This document shows, in pieces, positions 1-10,296 of a stretch of DNA of 39,999 nucleotides (the stretch's first letter is position 1; each line of letters opens with the position of its first letter). Source of the stretch: a virus. Its lineage: Duplodnaviria > Caudoviricetes. The DNA lies in IMG/VR virus record IMGVR_UViG_3300011338_000870, positions 1 to 39,999 of that record; one strand, 5' to 3'. Under the pieces are notes generated by a model. That model was not told the DNA's origin. It did no database searches and worked only from the letters and a program-made list of their open reading frames with translations. The translations under genes were made by a program, and so were the position numbers.

Positions 1-193
1 CTATCGGCCTTCATGCCGGATACTAGCAATCCAAGCGACTTTTACGGCTCTGCGGAGCACGATCAAGTTTCTGGGACTGATATGTTTGGGCAACAGATAG
101 CAATAGATAAAGATCAGTTAGAATAAAAAACTTAAACTCCGGGATAATTACCTGGCTTTGAGGAATGCTTGAAAGAGTTATACGAGAACACAA
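1..193. repeat. Terminal direct repeat, left copy (circular-assembly overlap or terminal redundancy)
   Basis: Matches 39807-39999 except 52 G vs 39858 T and 164 A vs 39970 C. Confidence 0.97.
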
Positions 194-2283
194 AAACTGC
201 GGAGGGCTTTATCAAAAAAGCCTTCGAGGAAGACCAAACGAGCAAGAATATGCTTGTTCGGTTATGGGAGAGGAACGCTGCGTTTGCTAATGGCAACCAG
301 GCGATTATCCCTCAAGCGTCTTCTACCATGCAGTTTAGCGGGTCCAACCTTTACGCAAGCGACAATCAGTCGTTACGCTCCAAAGCTTATGTAACCAATG
401 AGATAGAACCCATTATTCGCACGCTAGTATCGTATGCCACCAAGGCCCAGCCTTCAGTGGATTGCTTTGCTGCGGAAAAAGATGAGGATGGGGAAGCTCG
501 GGCTGAGATAGCCAATCGTGTTTTAGATGCTAAGTATGATTTAGATAATGAAGTGATGAATTCGAAGCTTGCAGCTAATTATGGCTTTGTTTTTGGAACA
601 GCTTTTAGAAAAGATTACTGGGATTCAAGCGCTGGAAGCAAGTTTGAAGTGCCTGTTTATGATGAGCTTGGTAACGAGCAGATTGACCCAGCTACCGGTA
701 AAGTACAAATAAGAGAAATGAACTCTGGGGATAGCAAGGTTGCTATCTTGACGCCTTTTTCTATTAGCTTTGACTGGGCTTACACTGATTTTGACACTCT
801 CCCTTGGATTATGGAGAGTTATTTAATGCCCATTGAATGGGGCAAAGAGGTTTTTGATAAAGATGAGCCGGGATACACTGGAGCGGGGGCCAGGATTTCT
901 GACGGTGAGGCTATTGGCTATTCTTTACAAACATTAGAGCGTTTAAAATACGCAACTCCTTTTAACTATGGGGCTAGTGTCAATGTAAGAATGGGTGGCA
1001 AAGCTTTATTTCAAGAAATGTATGTGCAGCCTTCACAGGATATGCCCAAAGGCCGCATGATTATTTTGGCTAATGGCATTGCTGTTTATGATTCGTGGAA
1101 TAATGGGGAGGATTTGGGGAGTCCCTATTATATGCCCTATGAAAAGGCGATGTGGCATCCTTATACGATGTTCATCAATGATTTGTACGTGGGGCGAGCC
1201 TTGGGGAAATCATTAGTTGAATCTATTCTGCCTATTCAAATCCGTTTAAATGAAATCAACGGGGCTATTCTTCAGAACGCGAACACCTTAGCTAAAGTAG
1301 ATATTTTAACCCCCGAGAACTCTCTTAAAAGAGGGGTTTTGAATGGCCAAGGGGGACAAGTTTATACCTTTAAGCCTCACCCTTCGGGGCTAAAGCCTGA
1401 AAAATGGCCTGGTGTAGCTTTGCCTGCTCAGTTTTTTAATGAACGTGAAATGCTTATTGAAACAATGGTACGTATAGCCGGCACCAATATGGTTATGTCC
1501 GGTAATCCGCCTAAAGGAGTGACCGCCGCCGCTGCAATTTCTCAGTTACTTGATAATGCAAACGGTCAACGTAGCGATTATATGCTTTCATGGGTTAAAT
1601 TTCATGAGCAAGGATTTACTAAAAAGCTTCGCATCATTCGCAACTTCGCCAAGTTCCCTAATAAAGACATTATTGATTATTTAAGAATGATCTCAAAGGA
1701 CGCGCTAGACACTGAGCTAGAGTCTTTTGTGGGGGAAGATATTGGGAACGGCTTAACAGTTCGTATTGAGCCCGAGTCAATGATCCCTAGATCTGAGACA
1801 GCTACTAGGGAACTATTCAAAGAATTTGCTAAGGAAGGCTTACTTGGCCCAGTGGCTGAAGATTCTCCTCGTGGAGCTAAGCTTCGTAAAGAGATGCTAG
1901 CTAAGTTTGGTGAAAAGGGTTTTGAAGTAGATCAAGCTGCCGACGTAGACAAAGCTTATTGGGAAAATGAGCAAATGATTAAAGGTCGCCCCGCAGCATT
2001 CTGGGCCGACGATGATCATGACATTCACCTTAGTTGCCACATGTCTAAATTTAAAGAGCCTAAGTTTATTACTAAGTCTGGGCCTCAAGCTCAGCAAGCC
2101 TATTTAGCTCATATTGCTCAACACAAACAGGCTATTCAACAAAGACAAATGCAAATTCAGCAAGCTCAGATGATGCAAGGGGGTGCCCCTCAAGGCCCGG
2201 CTATGCCTCATCCACAAGGGCCTCCGCCTCCTCAAATGAGTGCGGGGCCACAAGCGCCGGGAGCAGGCCCAAGTTTGCAGTAA
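169..2283 (+). CDS. Portal protein (podovirus/P22-like)
   Basis: 704 aa, helical, Q/P-rich C-terminal tail; lies between terminase (across the circular junction) and scaffold/capsid; TTG start with GAGGA RBS. Confidence 0.85.
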   Translation: MKELYENTKTAEGFIKKAFEEDQTSKNMLVRLWERNAAFANGNQAIIPQASSTMQFSGSNLYASDNQSLRSKAYVTNEIEPIIRTLVSYATKAQPSVDCFAAEKDEDGEARAEIANRVLDAKYDLDNEVMNSKLAANYGFVFGTAFRKDYWDSSAGSKFEVPVYDELGNEQIDPATGKVQIREMNSGDSKVAILTPFSISFDWAYTDFDTLPWIMESYLMPIEWGKEVFDKDEPGYTGAGARISDGEAIGYSLQTLERLKYATPFNYGASVNVRMGGKALFQEMYVQPSQDMPKGRMIILANGIAVYDSWNNGEDLGSPYYMPYEKAMWHPYTMFINDLYVGRALGKSLVESILPIQIRLNEINGAILQNANTLAKVDILTPENSLKRGVLNGQGGQVYTFKPHPSGLKPEKWPGVALPAQFFNEREMLIETMVRIAGTNMVMSGNPPKGVTAAAAISQLLDNANGQRSDYMLSWVKFHEQGFTKKLRIIRNFAKFPNKDIIDYLRMISKDALDTELESFVGEDIGNGLTVRIEPESMIPRSETATRELFKEFAKEGLLGPVAEDSPRGAKLRKEMLAKFGEKGFEVDQAADVDKAYWENEQMIKGRPAAFWADDDHDIHLSCHMSKFKEPKFITKSGPQAQQAYLAHIAQHKQAIQQRQMQIQQAQMMQGGAPQGPAMPHPQGPPPPQMSAGPQAPGAGPSLQ

Positions 2284-2298
2284 AGATTTTTTATTAAC

Positions 2299-2350
2299 CG
2301 AGTGGTCGACGTAATCGACTTAGTGATTAGCGAGTGGCTACGTAATAGCT
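2299..2350 (+). promoter_or_regulatory. Tandem RNA hairpins with identical CGTAA loops in the scaffold leader
   Basis: CGAGT-GGTCGA-CGTAA-TCGACT (2299-2320) and CGAGT-GGCTA-CGTAA-TAGCT (2331-2350), directly before the RBS AAAGGGG. Confidence 0.7.
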
Positions 2351-2364
2351 AAAGGGGAATCAAC

Positions 2365-3252
2365 ATGGAAGGACAAGCAGAAGGCGTAATGCAAGACGGC
2401 GGCGCACCACAAGCCGACGTTTCTGGTTCATCGCCGGAACCAGTAGAGAGTGGCTCGCATGATAATGGCAACAGCCATGAGTCTCAAGGGCAGTCTGGGT
2501 CTTCTGATCAACAGAAGAGTAAAGACTATAACTTTAGACAAATGCGGGAGAATTTAAGTCGTTTAGAGGCTGAGCGTAAGCAATGGCAATCTGAAAGGGA
2601 AACTCTTCAGGGGGCTGCTGCAATCGATCAAATGTTAAGAGCTGACCCTAGAGCTGGGCTAAAGCAAATTGCCCAACAATTAGGAATAGATATCAAAACT
2701 TTGCTCGATGCTCAGCCTCAGATACCAAAGATAGACTACAGCCAATATGATCCAGAAACTGCAAGCTTGCTTAAGTATTTGGATGAGAAGGCTTCTAAGG
2801 TTGATGCTTTGGAACAGTGGAAAAATCAGTTTGAGCAGAAGAGCGAATTAACACAACGGCAACAGCAAGAACAGTTTGTTCAACAGAATGTAAAGAATTT
2901 AGAAAATCGTTTCTTTGAGGATTTAGTGAAGGATGGTTTTTTAGATAAGAATGGCAAAGGCAACATGGAAGTTGTGGACCTTATCAAAGATGCTATTTTA
3001 TCAAAGCTTGCCCAACAAGTAGATCCAAGATTGGCAACGATTGAACAATATCAGACGGCTCGTACCCAAGTGTTAAAAGGTTTGTCTGCTCATAAAAGCA
3101 AAACTTTACAAAATACAGTCACGCAAAGCGTTCCTTCCACCGGTTCAAAGAATGGTGCAGCAACTACTGCTAATCCAGTTATGAGTCGAGAGGGAAGAAT
3201 CGCCGCACTTGCCCAAGCTGCAAAAGCTAACACCACTTGGGGATTTGAATAA
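2365..3252 (+). CDS. Capsid scaffolding protein
   Basis: Disordered acidic N-terminus, coiled-coil body, position between portal and major capsid gene. Confidence 0.8.
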   Translation: MEGQAEGVMQDGGAPQADVSGSSPEPVESGSHDNGNSHESQGQSGSSDQQKSKDYNFRQMRENLSRLEAERKQWQSERETLQGAAAIDQMLRADPRAGLKQIAQQLGIDIKTLLDAQPQIPKIDYSQYDPETASLLKYLDEKASKVDALEQWKNQFEQKSELTQRQQQEQFVQQNVKNLENRFFEDLVKDGFLDKNGKGNMEVVDLIKDAILSKLAQQVDPRLATIEQYQTARTQVLKGLSAHKSKTLQNTVTQSVPSTGSKNGAATTANPVMSREGRIAALAQAAKANTTWGFE

Positions 3253-3268
3253 GTGACAGGGGGATAAA

Positions 3269-4486
3269 ATGGATACAACTACTAGCTCGTTTGCCAATTA
3301 TAAACGCATTTATGGAGAAAACAGTGATTCGTTCGTTAACGAACAGAACTTGCTTGCTCCTTCATGGAAAAAGTTCAAACTTTCTCCATTAAAACTCTCT
3401 CCTCAAGGAACTTACTTGGTTGTTAGTATGACCGGTAACGAAACTGGTGGAGCGATTAACGAAACTCAGGCCTTCCAAAATCCTGGAGATTTCAACCCAC
3501 AAAATCCTGTAATTTTACCTAAAACCAACGTTATTCCTATTGCTGTTACTGGTAACGCAATCGAACTTTCTAAAAATAACGTTCAGGCATTTGCTGCAAC
3601 TCAAGATGCAATCATGACCGATGGTCAAAAACGTCTTGTATCTGCAGTTAACCGTCAGGGCTTAAACAAAGGTACCGGTCAATTAACTTTGGCTAACGGT
3701 GCTGGCGTTGCAACCACAGCATTAATTGTAGATAACGCACTTCCTTTCCGTAGAAATATGCGTTTGGATTTATGGACTGGTCTTCCTCCTGCATTAGGTG
3801 GAGCGGGTGTTAAAGAAGTAAACGGCGCAACTGTTACTGCTGTTAACTATTCTACTAACACCCTGACTTTAGATGCAGCTTACACTTGGTCAGATAACGA
3901 TATCATCGTTCTCTACACAGTGCTTGATAACCCTCCTGTAGGCGGAAAAGAAATCACCGGCTTACAAGCTATCTGTGACACCACCACTTATTCTACAACC
4001 TTCGAAGGTTTGTCAGTATCAACAAACCCTGAATGGGTAGGTAACGTAATCGCAGCAGGTGGCGTTCCTGTTTCTCAGGATCTATTACAACAAACCTATA
4101 ACCGTATCCGATCAATCGGTGGCGGAAATCCTAACTTCCTTCTTTCTAATAACGGGCAACAGAGAGTGTTCTTAAATTCTGAACTTCAAAAAGTTCGATA
4201 TGAACCTGCAACTGTAAAAGGTGGCGCTACTGTTCTTAAATGGATGGATATGGAATGGCTCTACGACAAGGATTACGACATCGGTGAAGTTGGTATGTAT
4301 GACTTAGATCATGTTGAAAAATTACAAACTCGCGAAATGTTCTTAGCTGATTACTCCGGTAACACTGCTTATCAAGTAGTTGGATATGATCAAATCGGTA
4401 TGTACTACAAATATGTGGCGAACTTAGCCTCTGATAAACGTAATGCTCACGGCCGTTTGACTGGCTTAACTGAACCTACGTTTTAA
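3269..4486 (+). CDS. Major capsid protein
   Basis: 405 aa after scaffold; highly-expressed codon style; C-terminal RNAHGRLTGL motif typical of podoviral HK97-fold capsids. Confidence 0.85.
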   Translation: MDTTTSSFANYKRIYGENSDSFVNEQNLLAPSWKKFKLSPLKLSPQGTYLVVSMTGNETGGAINETQAFQNPGDFNPQNPVILPKTNVIPIAVTGNAIELSKNNVQAFAATQDAIMTDGQKRLVSAVNRQGLNKGTGQLTLANGAGVATTALIVDNALPFRRNMRLDLWTGLPPALGGAGVKEVNGATVTAVNYSTNTLTLDAAYTWSDNDIIVLYTVLDNPPVGGKEITGLQAICDTTTYSTTFEGLSVSTNPEWVGNVIAAGGVPVSQDLLQQTYNRIRSIGGGNPNFLLSNNGQQRVFLNSELQKVRYEPATVKGGATVLKWMDMEWLYDKDYDIGEVGMYDLDHVEKLQTREMFLADYSGNTAYQVVGYDQIGMYYKYVANLASDKRNAHGRLTGLTEPTF

Positions 4487-4497
4487 CTTTAATTATT

Positions 4498-4526
4498 AGG
4501 CTTGGGGGTTAAAAGCCCCCCTGCCT
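4498..4526 (+). terminator. GC-rich hairpin after the capsid gene (terminator or mRNA-stabilising stem)
   Basis: AGGC..GGGGGT-TAAAA-GCCCCC..GCCT; only a weak U tract follows. Confidence 0.5.
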
Positions 4527-4531
4527 CTTAT

Positions 4532-5056
4532 ATGAATAAAGAAACTACTCAAGAAGACATTACAGGTGCGAAGTTTGGGGAGCGTTATAGCTTAATTTTA
4601 ACAGACCCAACTTTTGAAAGGCGTCTGCATGCCTATGACCCAAACTTGAAATTGATGTTTGATCAGTTTTCTAAACGTTGGGCTATTTTGGTTTGGCGTG
4701 AAGATAATACTGGATGGCAGATTTTAATGAAGTGTGAAGACGACTTCGGAAATCCTATGCCTTTGGATGATCATATTTTTGAGCACTTAAATTGGATGAG
4801 AAAACAATACGACGAAAAGCACAGAATGGGCGGAGATAGATTCTATGATCATCTTTTATCTCAAGCTGACGATCAACAAGAGAAGATGAGACAAGCTCAG
4901 TCTGAAGAGAACCAGTACCGTATTCGTACAGACATCAATCAATGGCGCAAAGGATTTAACGAGTTACAAGGTCTTCCAAGAAATGATGCTATCGCAGGTT
5001 ATCCAAAAGTTACTTATAAACCAAAACCAAGAGGAATTATATGCCCAGTTATCTAA
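4532..5056 (+). CDS. Hypothetical protein (head module)
   Basis: ORF; start moved to ATG 4532 because the TTG at 4502 lies inside the hairpin. Confidence 0.7.
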   Translation: MNKETTQEDITGAKFGERYSLILTDPTFERRLHAYDPNLKLMFDQFSKRWAILVWREDNTGWQILMKCEDDFGNPMPLDDHIFEHLNWMRKQYDEKHRMGGDRFYDHLLSQADDQQEKMRQAQSEENQYRIRTDINQWRKGFNELQGLPRNDAIAGYPKVTYKPKPRGIICPVI

Positions 5057-5562
5057 ACGTTTACAATGCAAGTGTCGAACCTTTTAAGACTCAAATTAAT
5101 AGTAAAGGTTATCGATTTTTACCCGGATCGCTCACAAAGATTCCAGAGCAATTTGATTTTGCTCTTCCTCAATATGAGAAGCACGGTCTTGTTGTGATTA
5201 ATCCAGGCGATAATCTCAAGGCTAAAGAGAAGCAAGCGCGCATGGCTTATCTGGGTTATTTAATTGAGCAAAGGTCATACTTCAGAATGTACATGGATGA
5301 AAAGCGTCGCAATGGTGTGACTATTGATACGCCTCGTCGTTTACAAGAAATTGAGCAGCTTATCGAAGAATTGACCGACATGTATAAGAACGATGATTCG
5401 TTTCTTCCTGTGAAATCCTTTAAAGATTTAGATCCTATTGATGAAAAGAAATTATTCGCAGGCGAAGTTCAAGTAAATACTGTTGAAGAATTAGTAAGGC
5501 GTAAACCTGGCCGACCTAAAAGTTTTAAAGAAATCAATATTGAAGAGGAGATTAAAAACTAA
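5041..5562 (+). CDS. Hypothetical protein with C-terminal AT-hook-like motif
   Basis: GAGGA RBS; RRKPGRPK near the C-terminus. Confidence 0.7.
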   Translation: MPSYLNVYNASVEPFKTQINSKGYRFLPGSLTKIPEQFDFALPQYEKHGLVVINPGDNLKAKEKQARMAYLGYLIEQRSYFRMYMDEKRRNGVTIDTPRRLQEIEQLIEELTDMYKNDDSFLPVKSFKDLDPIDEKKLFAGEVQVNTVEELVRRKPGRPKSFKEINIEEEIKN

Positions 5563-6299
5563 TGTCAGACCTCGGAACTATTCGATCAAATGTTCGTCGA
5601 AATTTGTCTGATGCTGCTGCTCAGTTTTATACTGATGCGGAATTGAATCAGTATATTGGTGAAGCTTATCAATATTATACGATGATTATGATTGACGAGG
5701 GTGAAGGTTATTTTGAGACAAGTAGAAATCTAAGTTTTGTAGCAGGGAATCCCTATATTAATTTGGACGGTTTTACTCCTGATTTTTATACGATTGTAAA
5801 AGTAGAGCGATGGTTAAGCAATACTAGTTCTGTCCCTTTAAAATTAAATGAGAGACGTTTTAAGATTAATACAACTATTGCGATAGCAACAGGAGACGCT
5901 TATCGGCCTACTTATACTTTAAAAGGAAGAGATTTGGTTATTGAGCCTACTCCTACTTCTACAGAAAGCCCAGCTATTCATGGGCAAGTAAATAGTGGTT
6001 TATTGCTTTGGTATAATTATGTTCCTGACTTTCCTATATCAAATAGTGCCGACAATTTTAGTTTTAGCACGGACTTTCCTACTATGTGGGAACCGATGAT
6101 ACAGCTTTTTGCAACTGTTCGAGCGATGGAATCCAAAGAAGGTATTGGCGGAGTTTGCGACACCCAAACTTTTAGAACTACCCTAGCTACTTGGGAACAA
6201 AGATTGATGGACAGTTTAGAGAGAGATGAAACGCCAGAATCTGTTGAGCAGATTGGTATGGATTATTCTTGGAACATTTACACAAGTGGATTTTTTTAA
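5562..6299 (+). CDS. Head-tail adaptor (tail tubular protein A-like)
   Basis: N-terminal IRSNVRRNL...YTDAELNQYI helix pattern and central IEPTP motif typical of podoviral adaptors; synteny. Confidence 0.7.
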   Translation: MSDLGTIRSNVRRNLSDAAAQFYTDAELNQYIGEAYQYYTMIMIDEGEGYFETSRNLSFVAGNPYINLDGFTPDFYTIVKVERWLSNTSSVPLKLNERRFKINTTIAIATGDAYRPTYTLKGRDLVIEPTPTSTESPAIHGQVNSGLLLWYNYVPDFPISNSADNFSFSTDFPTMWEPMIQLFATVRAMESKEGIGGVCDTQTFRTTLATWEQRLMDSLERDETPESVEQIGMDYSWNIYTSGFF

Positions 6300-6308
6300 G
6301 GAGACTTT

Positions 6309-6734
6309 ATGGCGGATGTTACTTTATCGACTTTAAACTGCAACCCCCCAAAGGGATTACCGGATAGTTTGGATGGTCTAGTTTTGACTGTTTCCAATAC
6401 TCAACTTCCCGATGCGGACACTTCATTTTTTTACTTTAATGAAGCGGCCGCTGGTTTTAATACCTTTACTCTTCAATTTACTATCCAAGCGACTACGTTA
6501 ACCTTTGAAGCAACCAATGACTTGCCTTCGGTGGCAAACGGATCAGCGGTTTGGTCTGATATTACAAATATTATCACCATGAATTCTCCAGCTGGAGCAG
6601 TAAGCAGTGTCACGGCGACTGGAACCTTAACTGTGGCTGCCCCTCTTCCGTGGTCTAGACTAAGAATTAGAAGGCTTACCACTAATGCTACCAATGCTCT
6701 TGCTTTGAGATTGACGAGAGGACGGGTGAACTAA
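6309..6734 (+). CDS. Putative virion structural protein (beta-rich)
   Basis: AAGGAG RBS; T/A/S-rich beta-sandwich-like composition in the tail module. Confidence 0.6.
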   Translation: MADVTLSTLNCNPPKGLPDSLDGLVLTVSNTQLPDADTSFFYFNEAAAGFNTFTLQFTIQATTLTFEATNDLPSVANGSAVWSDITNIITMNSPAGAVSSVTATGTLTVAAPLPWSRLRIRRLTTNATNALALRLTRGRVN

Positions 6735-7525
6735 TGGCCAATTACTATTACGGCCCCGGCGGTGCTGTTGGTGGCCCTCCTGGCGCAGCAACTTGGACTC
6801 CTGAAGGAGCGACTGCTTCTACTGTTGGTGGAATTACAGCAGGGACCAATTTGGGTGTTGTCCCAGTCTCAATTGAATCTACTTTAATTTCTATGTTCTA
6901 CCCTTATCAAAGCCCGCTAGTTTCTTTAGCAATAAATCCAGCAGCAGGATTAAGAGAATTTGGGAATACAGTAGCAGCACCTATTCTTACGCCCACGACT
7001 ACAAGACGCTCTAACAACATTACAACACTTACATTAACCCGCTCTGGAATAGGTTTAATCCATACTTATGGCGCTCCTAACCCCGCAGGTGGTGTTGAAG
7101 CTCCATACACCGATGTTTCTGGAGCTGTCACAACGACAACTACTTATACAGCCACAGTAGGTGACGGGACTTCTACTTCGACCGGCACTCAAACCTATTC
7201 GTTTGTTTATCCATACTATTACGGCTCAGATGCTCCTGCTTTAACAGGAGCTCAAATTAGATCTCAATTAACTACTTTAGTCGCAACGCAAGCAAGCAGA
7301 ACGTTGGCTTTCACTCCTGTGGCTCAAGTGTATTATTATGCTTATCCTGCAACTTACGCGAACTTAACCAGCATTATTGATCAGAATGGGTTTAACATCA
7401 CGGCTGACTGGACGCTGAGAAATCCTGTGGTGATTACAGGTTTAGATGGAACGCCTCAGAACTATAAGGTTTATGAGTTTAATAATTTAACTTCATTATC
7501 GCAGAACATTACGTTCAATCTTTAG
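6734..7525 (+). CDS. Putative fibre/spike-associated virion protein, Ig-like
   Basis: Thr/Gly-rich; YYYAYPATY..LTSIIDQNGF motif seen in phage fibre-associated proteins. Confidence 0.6.
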   Translation: MANYYYGPGGAVGGPPGAATWTPEGATASTVGGITAGTNLGVVPVSIESTLISMFYPYQSPLVSLAINPAAGLREFGNTVAAPILTPTTTRRSNNITTLTLTRSGIGLIHTYGAPNPAGGVEAPYTDVSGAVTTTTTYTATVGDGTSTSTGTQTYSFVYPYYYGSDAPALTGAQIRSQLTTLVATQASRTLAFTPVAQVYYYAYPATYANLTSIIDQNGFNITADWTLRNPVVITGLDGTPQNYKVYEFNNLTSLSQNITFNL

Positions 7526-7532
7526 GAGTCTT

Positions 7533-9299
7533 ATGTCGATTAATATTGCCTCAAATTTTGAACTTTTTGCAGCTCTTCCTTTAGATGCTAGAACTCAAGT
7601 CGCAAATATTGCAGCAAGAAATGCAATTACTGCCGGTCAACGATATGAAGGCTTGTGGTGCTATGTTGTCGATTCAGATGGCGGTGGAACTCCTGCAACC
7701 TATCAATTGCAAAATGGCATCACCAATAGCGACTGGATTTTAATTAATTCAGGAACAGCCATTACAGGAATAGGATCCGCTGAGTGTGTGGCTGTATGGG
7801 GTAGCGCAACTAACCTAACTGCAAACATAAACTTTACAAGATCAAACGCAACGGGGATTGTAAACAATGAACAAGGTTTAGATGTTGGTGTAAATACCAC
7901 AACTACTCGCTATGTTAGCCCTACCGGATCTGATTTAGCCGATGGTCTAACAGCGCTTACCCCATGGCAAACCAGGCAACATGCTTTTAATGAAATGGCA
8001 GCTTTCTTGCCTGGGACTTATGAAATTGTTTCAGCAGTAGGAACTTACAACGAAATTTTAGATTCGCCATATTCTTCAATGGGAAGAGCGCTTGATTCAT
8101 CAGGAACAATTGTTAACAATACAGGAGATGAAACGACTCCGGCTAATATTGTAGCTGCAGGATCTGGTGATCTTTATACCAATGCTATTTTTGGGCGAGG
8201 ATATTCTGGAGCAATGAGATTTGCAGGATTTAGGTTTGTTGGAGATGCAACAGGATCTGCTTTTGTCAATGAAACGGGAGGCACGATTTTTCTTAGAAAT
8301 TGTGAATTTGCTCAAGTTCAATATTGTGCAGATGCTAATTTGAATTCTAAGATTTTTATTGAGCCTCAATCGGCAGGAGCTGGAATAGTTGCAGATAATA
8401 TTTATGGATTATTACAACTGACTCTAGGAGGAATGTCTTACGTTTCTAGCAATGTAACTGTAACTAATTTTACAGGGGCTTTGTTTTTAGTAGCACAAAA
8501 TTCAAGTCTACAATTTGATAGCAACTTAACAATTGCGGCAACCGGAACAAATGCCACATCATTTTTTAATGGTAAAGGCGGTTTAATAAATACAGGATCA
8601 TTAAATCAATTTATTCATACTGATGGCGGAACAAGTATTGTATTAAATGATTTTACTACTTTTAATGGTGGCACTGACAACGTTTATGAATTTGCAAACT
8701 GTGCAAGAGTTGCAGACCTTTCACAAAATGCTTTATTTATTACTTCTGCAGATGGTTCAGGATCTTATTCAGTGTCTGGTGGAACTCCCATTTCTGCAAA
8801 CTTCTCAATAACCGGGCAATCTGCTGTTTATAATCGATTGAATACAGGTACTGGAAACCCTGAAATTCCGATGACTTGGTTTACTTCTGAGGATTTATCT
8901 ACTTCTCGCTATGTTTTAGCTACAGACTGGCGATACAAAAGCTCTCAGACAATCAATGTCCCTGGAGTATTAACTCAAGCAACGACTGCCTTTTTAACCA
9001 GTGATGGTTTGTCCGGTACAGCTTTTCCAATTTATACAGCTGAGAAAAACGAAATATTCCCTAGATTTAGAATTCGAACAAGAATTGCAAACGGTCCTGC
9101 GGCGGGCCCCACTTCTGTAACAGATACCTATACAATTTATATAAATGGTGTGGCGAGCACAATGGTTTTAGCTGTTGGTGATTCGACGGGGGGTCTTTGT
9201 ATTACAAATCCTCAAGTTTTAGCACCCGGAGATCAGGTGGCATTGTCTGTAACCTCTGACGCAAACACTTTAGCTCAAGACATTAGTATTACTTTTTAA
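7533..9299 (+). CDS. Tail spike/fibre protein with probable beta-helix
   Basis: N-terminal PLDAR...RYEGLWCYV module; YVSPTGSD..DGLT..TPWQT motif typical of the start of right-handed beta-helix domains. Confidence 0.7.
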   Translation: MSINIASNFELFAALPLDARTQVANIAARNAITAGQRYEGLWCYVVDSDGGGTPATYQLQNGITNSDWILINSGTAITGIGSAECVAVWGSATNLTANINFTRSNATGIVNNEQGLDVGVNTTTTRYVSPTGSDLADGLTALTPWQTRQHAFNEMAAFLPGTYEIVSAVGTYNEILDSPYSSMGRALDSSGTIVNNTGDETTPANIVAAGSGDLYTNAIFGRGYSGAMRFAGFRFVGDATGSAFVNETGGTIFLRNCEFAQVQYCADANLNSKIFIEPQSAGAGIVADNIYGLLQLTLGGMSYVSSNVTVTNFTGALFLVAQNSSLQFDSNLTIAATGTNATSFFNGKGGLINTGSLNQFIHTDGGTSIVLNDFTTFNGGTDNVYEFANCARVADLSQNALFITSADGSGSYSVSGGTPISANFSITGQSAVYNRLNTGTGNPEIPMTWFTSEDLSTSRYVLATDWRYKSSQTINVPGVLTQATTAFLTSDGLSGTAFPIYTAEKNEIFPRFRIRTRIANGPAAGPTSVTDTYTIYINGVASTMVLAVGDSTGGLCITNPQVLAPGDQVALSVTSDANTLAQDISITF

Positions 9300-9308
9300 A
9301 GGGACCTT

Positions 9309-9749
9309 ATGGCAACTTTTGATAAAATGCAGGTTGAAGAAACAAATATAGGATCACTCACCCTGACCACAGGAACGAATTTGCAATATGGAGTTGTGTT
9401 CCCTCCTGTGAGTGTGGACGCAACAGCGGCGGCTACAACCGTTCTGTATACGTTCCCTTCTACCACTACAAGCGATGGTGTAAAAATTACCGAATGGGAT
9501 TTTCAAATTGAAGGAGCGACCGGGACACCTACTGGAACGCTGACTATCAATATCGGCACAAACAATGCGGGAGGAAATAATAATATGATTCCATCCACAG
9601 CGTTGACCGGGCTCAATACTAATTTTGAATCTTTTACTTATCGAGAATCTTTAACAGTAAGAGCCTTTGCAGGTGATGTAGTACGATTTCAAATTACAGG
9701 AGTTTTAAGTTCAGGGAATGTTGTAATTACACCTAGAGGAATTAGATAA
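9309..9749 (+). CDS. Putative virion structural/decoration protein
   Basis: Beta-rich, T/G-rich ORF with RBS in the structural operon. Confidence 0.6.
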   Translation: MATFDKMQVEETNIGSLTLTTGTNLQYGVVFPPVSVDATAAATTVLYTFPSTTTSDGVKITEWDFQIEGATGTPTGTLTINIGTNNAGGNNNMIPSTALTGLNTNFESFTYRESLTVRAFAGDVVRFQITGVLSSGNVVITPRGIR

Positions 9750-9758
9750 GGGGATTTT

Positions 9759-10289
9759 ATGGCAACTGGTTTACCATTAATGGTTGATTCGACAAGCGGG
9801 CAACAAATCATTGGGCTTTCTTCAGACTCTGTTATTACAAATTTAAATGGGGCAACCACAAACGGAATTGTTGCTCGCACAGGCAATGGAGTTTTTGCAA
9901 GCAGCTTAGGGGATGTTGTGGTAGTTCAGTTATCTTTTTCTGCTTTTGCAGTAGCTGCAACAACTGCTTCTGTTTTGATTGGAACGATGCCAGCTAATTC
10001 TTTACCTATTGAAGGTTCTGTTTATGTGGAAGTGGCAGGGGATAGTGTTGCAACTCTTGATTTGGATGTACGGTTTGGGTCTGTAGCTTTAGGAATAGCT
10101 TGTAATGGGTTAGTAGCTCTTCCAGCCGAATATAGTTCTCATTTTAATACAAATGCAGGAATAATTCCAAGACAACCAGCGGCAGTGAATGTGTATGCGG
10201 TAGCAAATTCAACAGGTGGAAACTTAAATACAATGACTACAGGAACATTTGATTTTGCGTTTTCTTATAACACGGCAAGAGTGGGATAA
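9759..10289 (+). CDS. Putative virion structural/decoration protein
   Basis: Beta-rich, A/G/T-rich ORF with RBS in the structural operon. Confidence 0.6.
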   Translation: MATGLPLMVDSTSGQQIIGLSSDSVITNLNGATTNGIVARTGNGVFASSLGDVVVVQLSFSAFAVAATTASVLIGTMPANSLPIEGSVYVEVAGDSVATLDLDVRFGSVALGIACNGLVALPAEYSSHFNTNAGIIPRQPAAVNVYAVANSTGGNLNTMTTGTFDFAFSYNTARVG

Positions 10290-10296
10290 GTAATTA

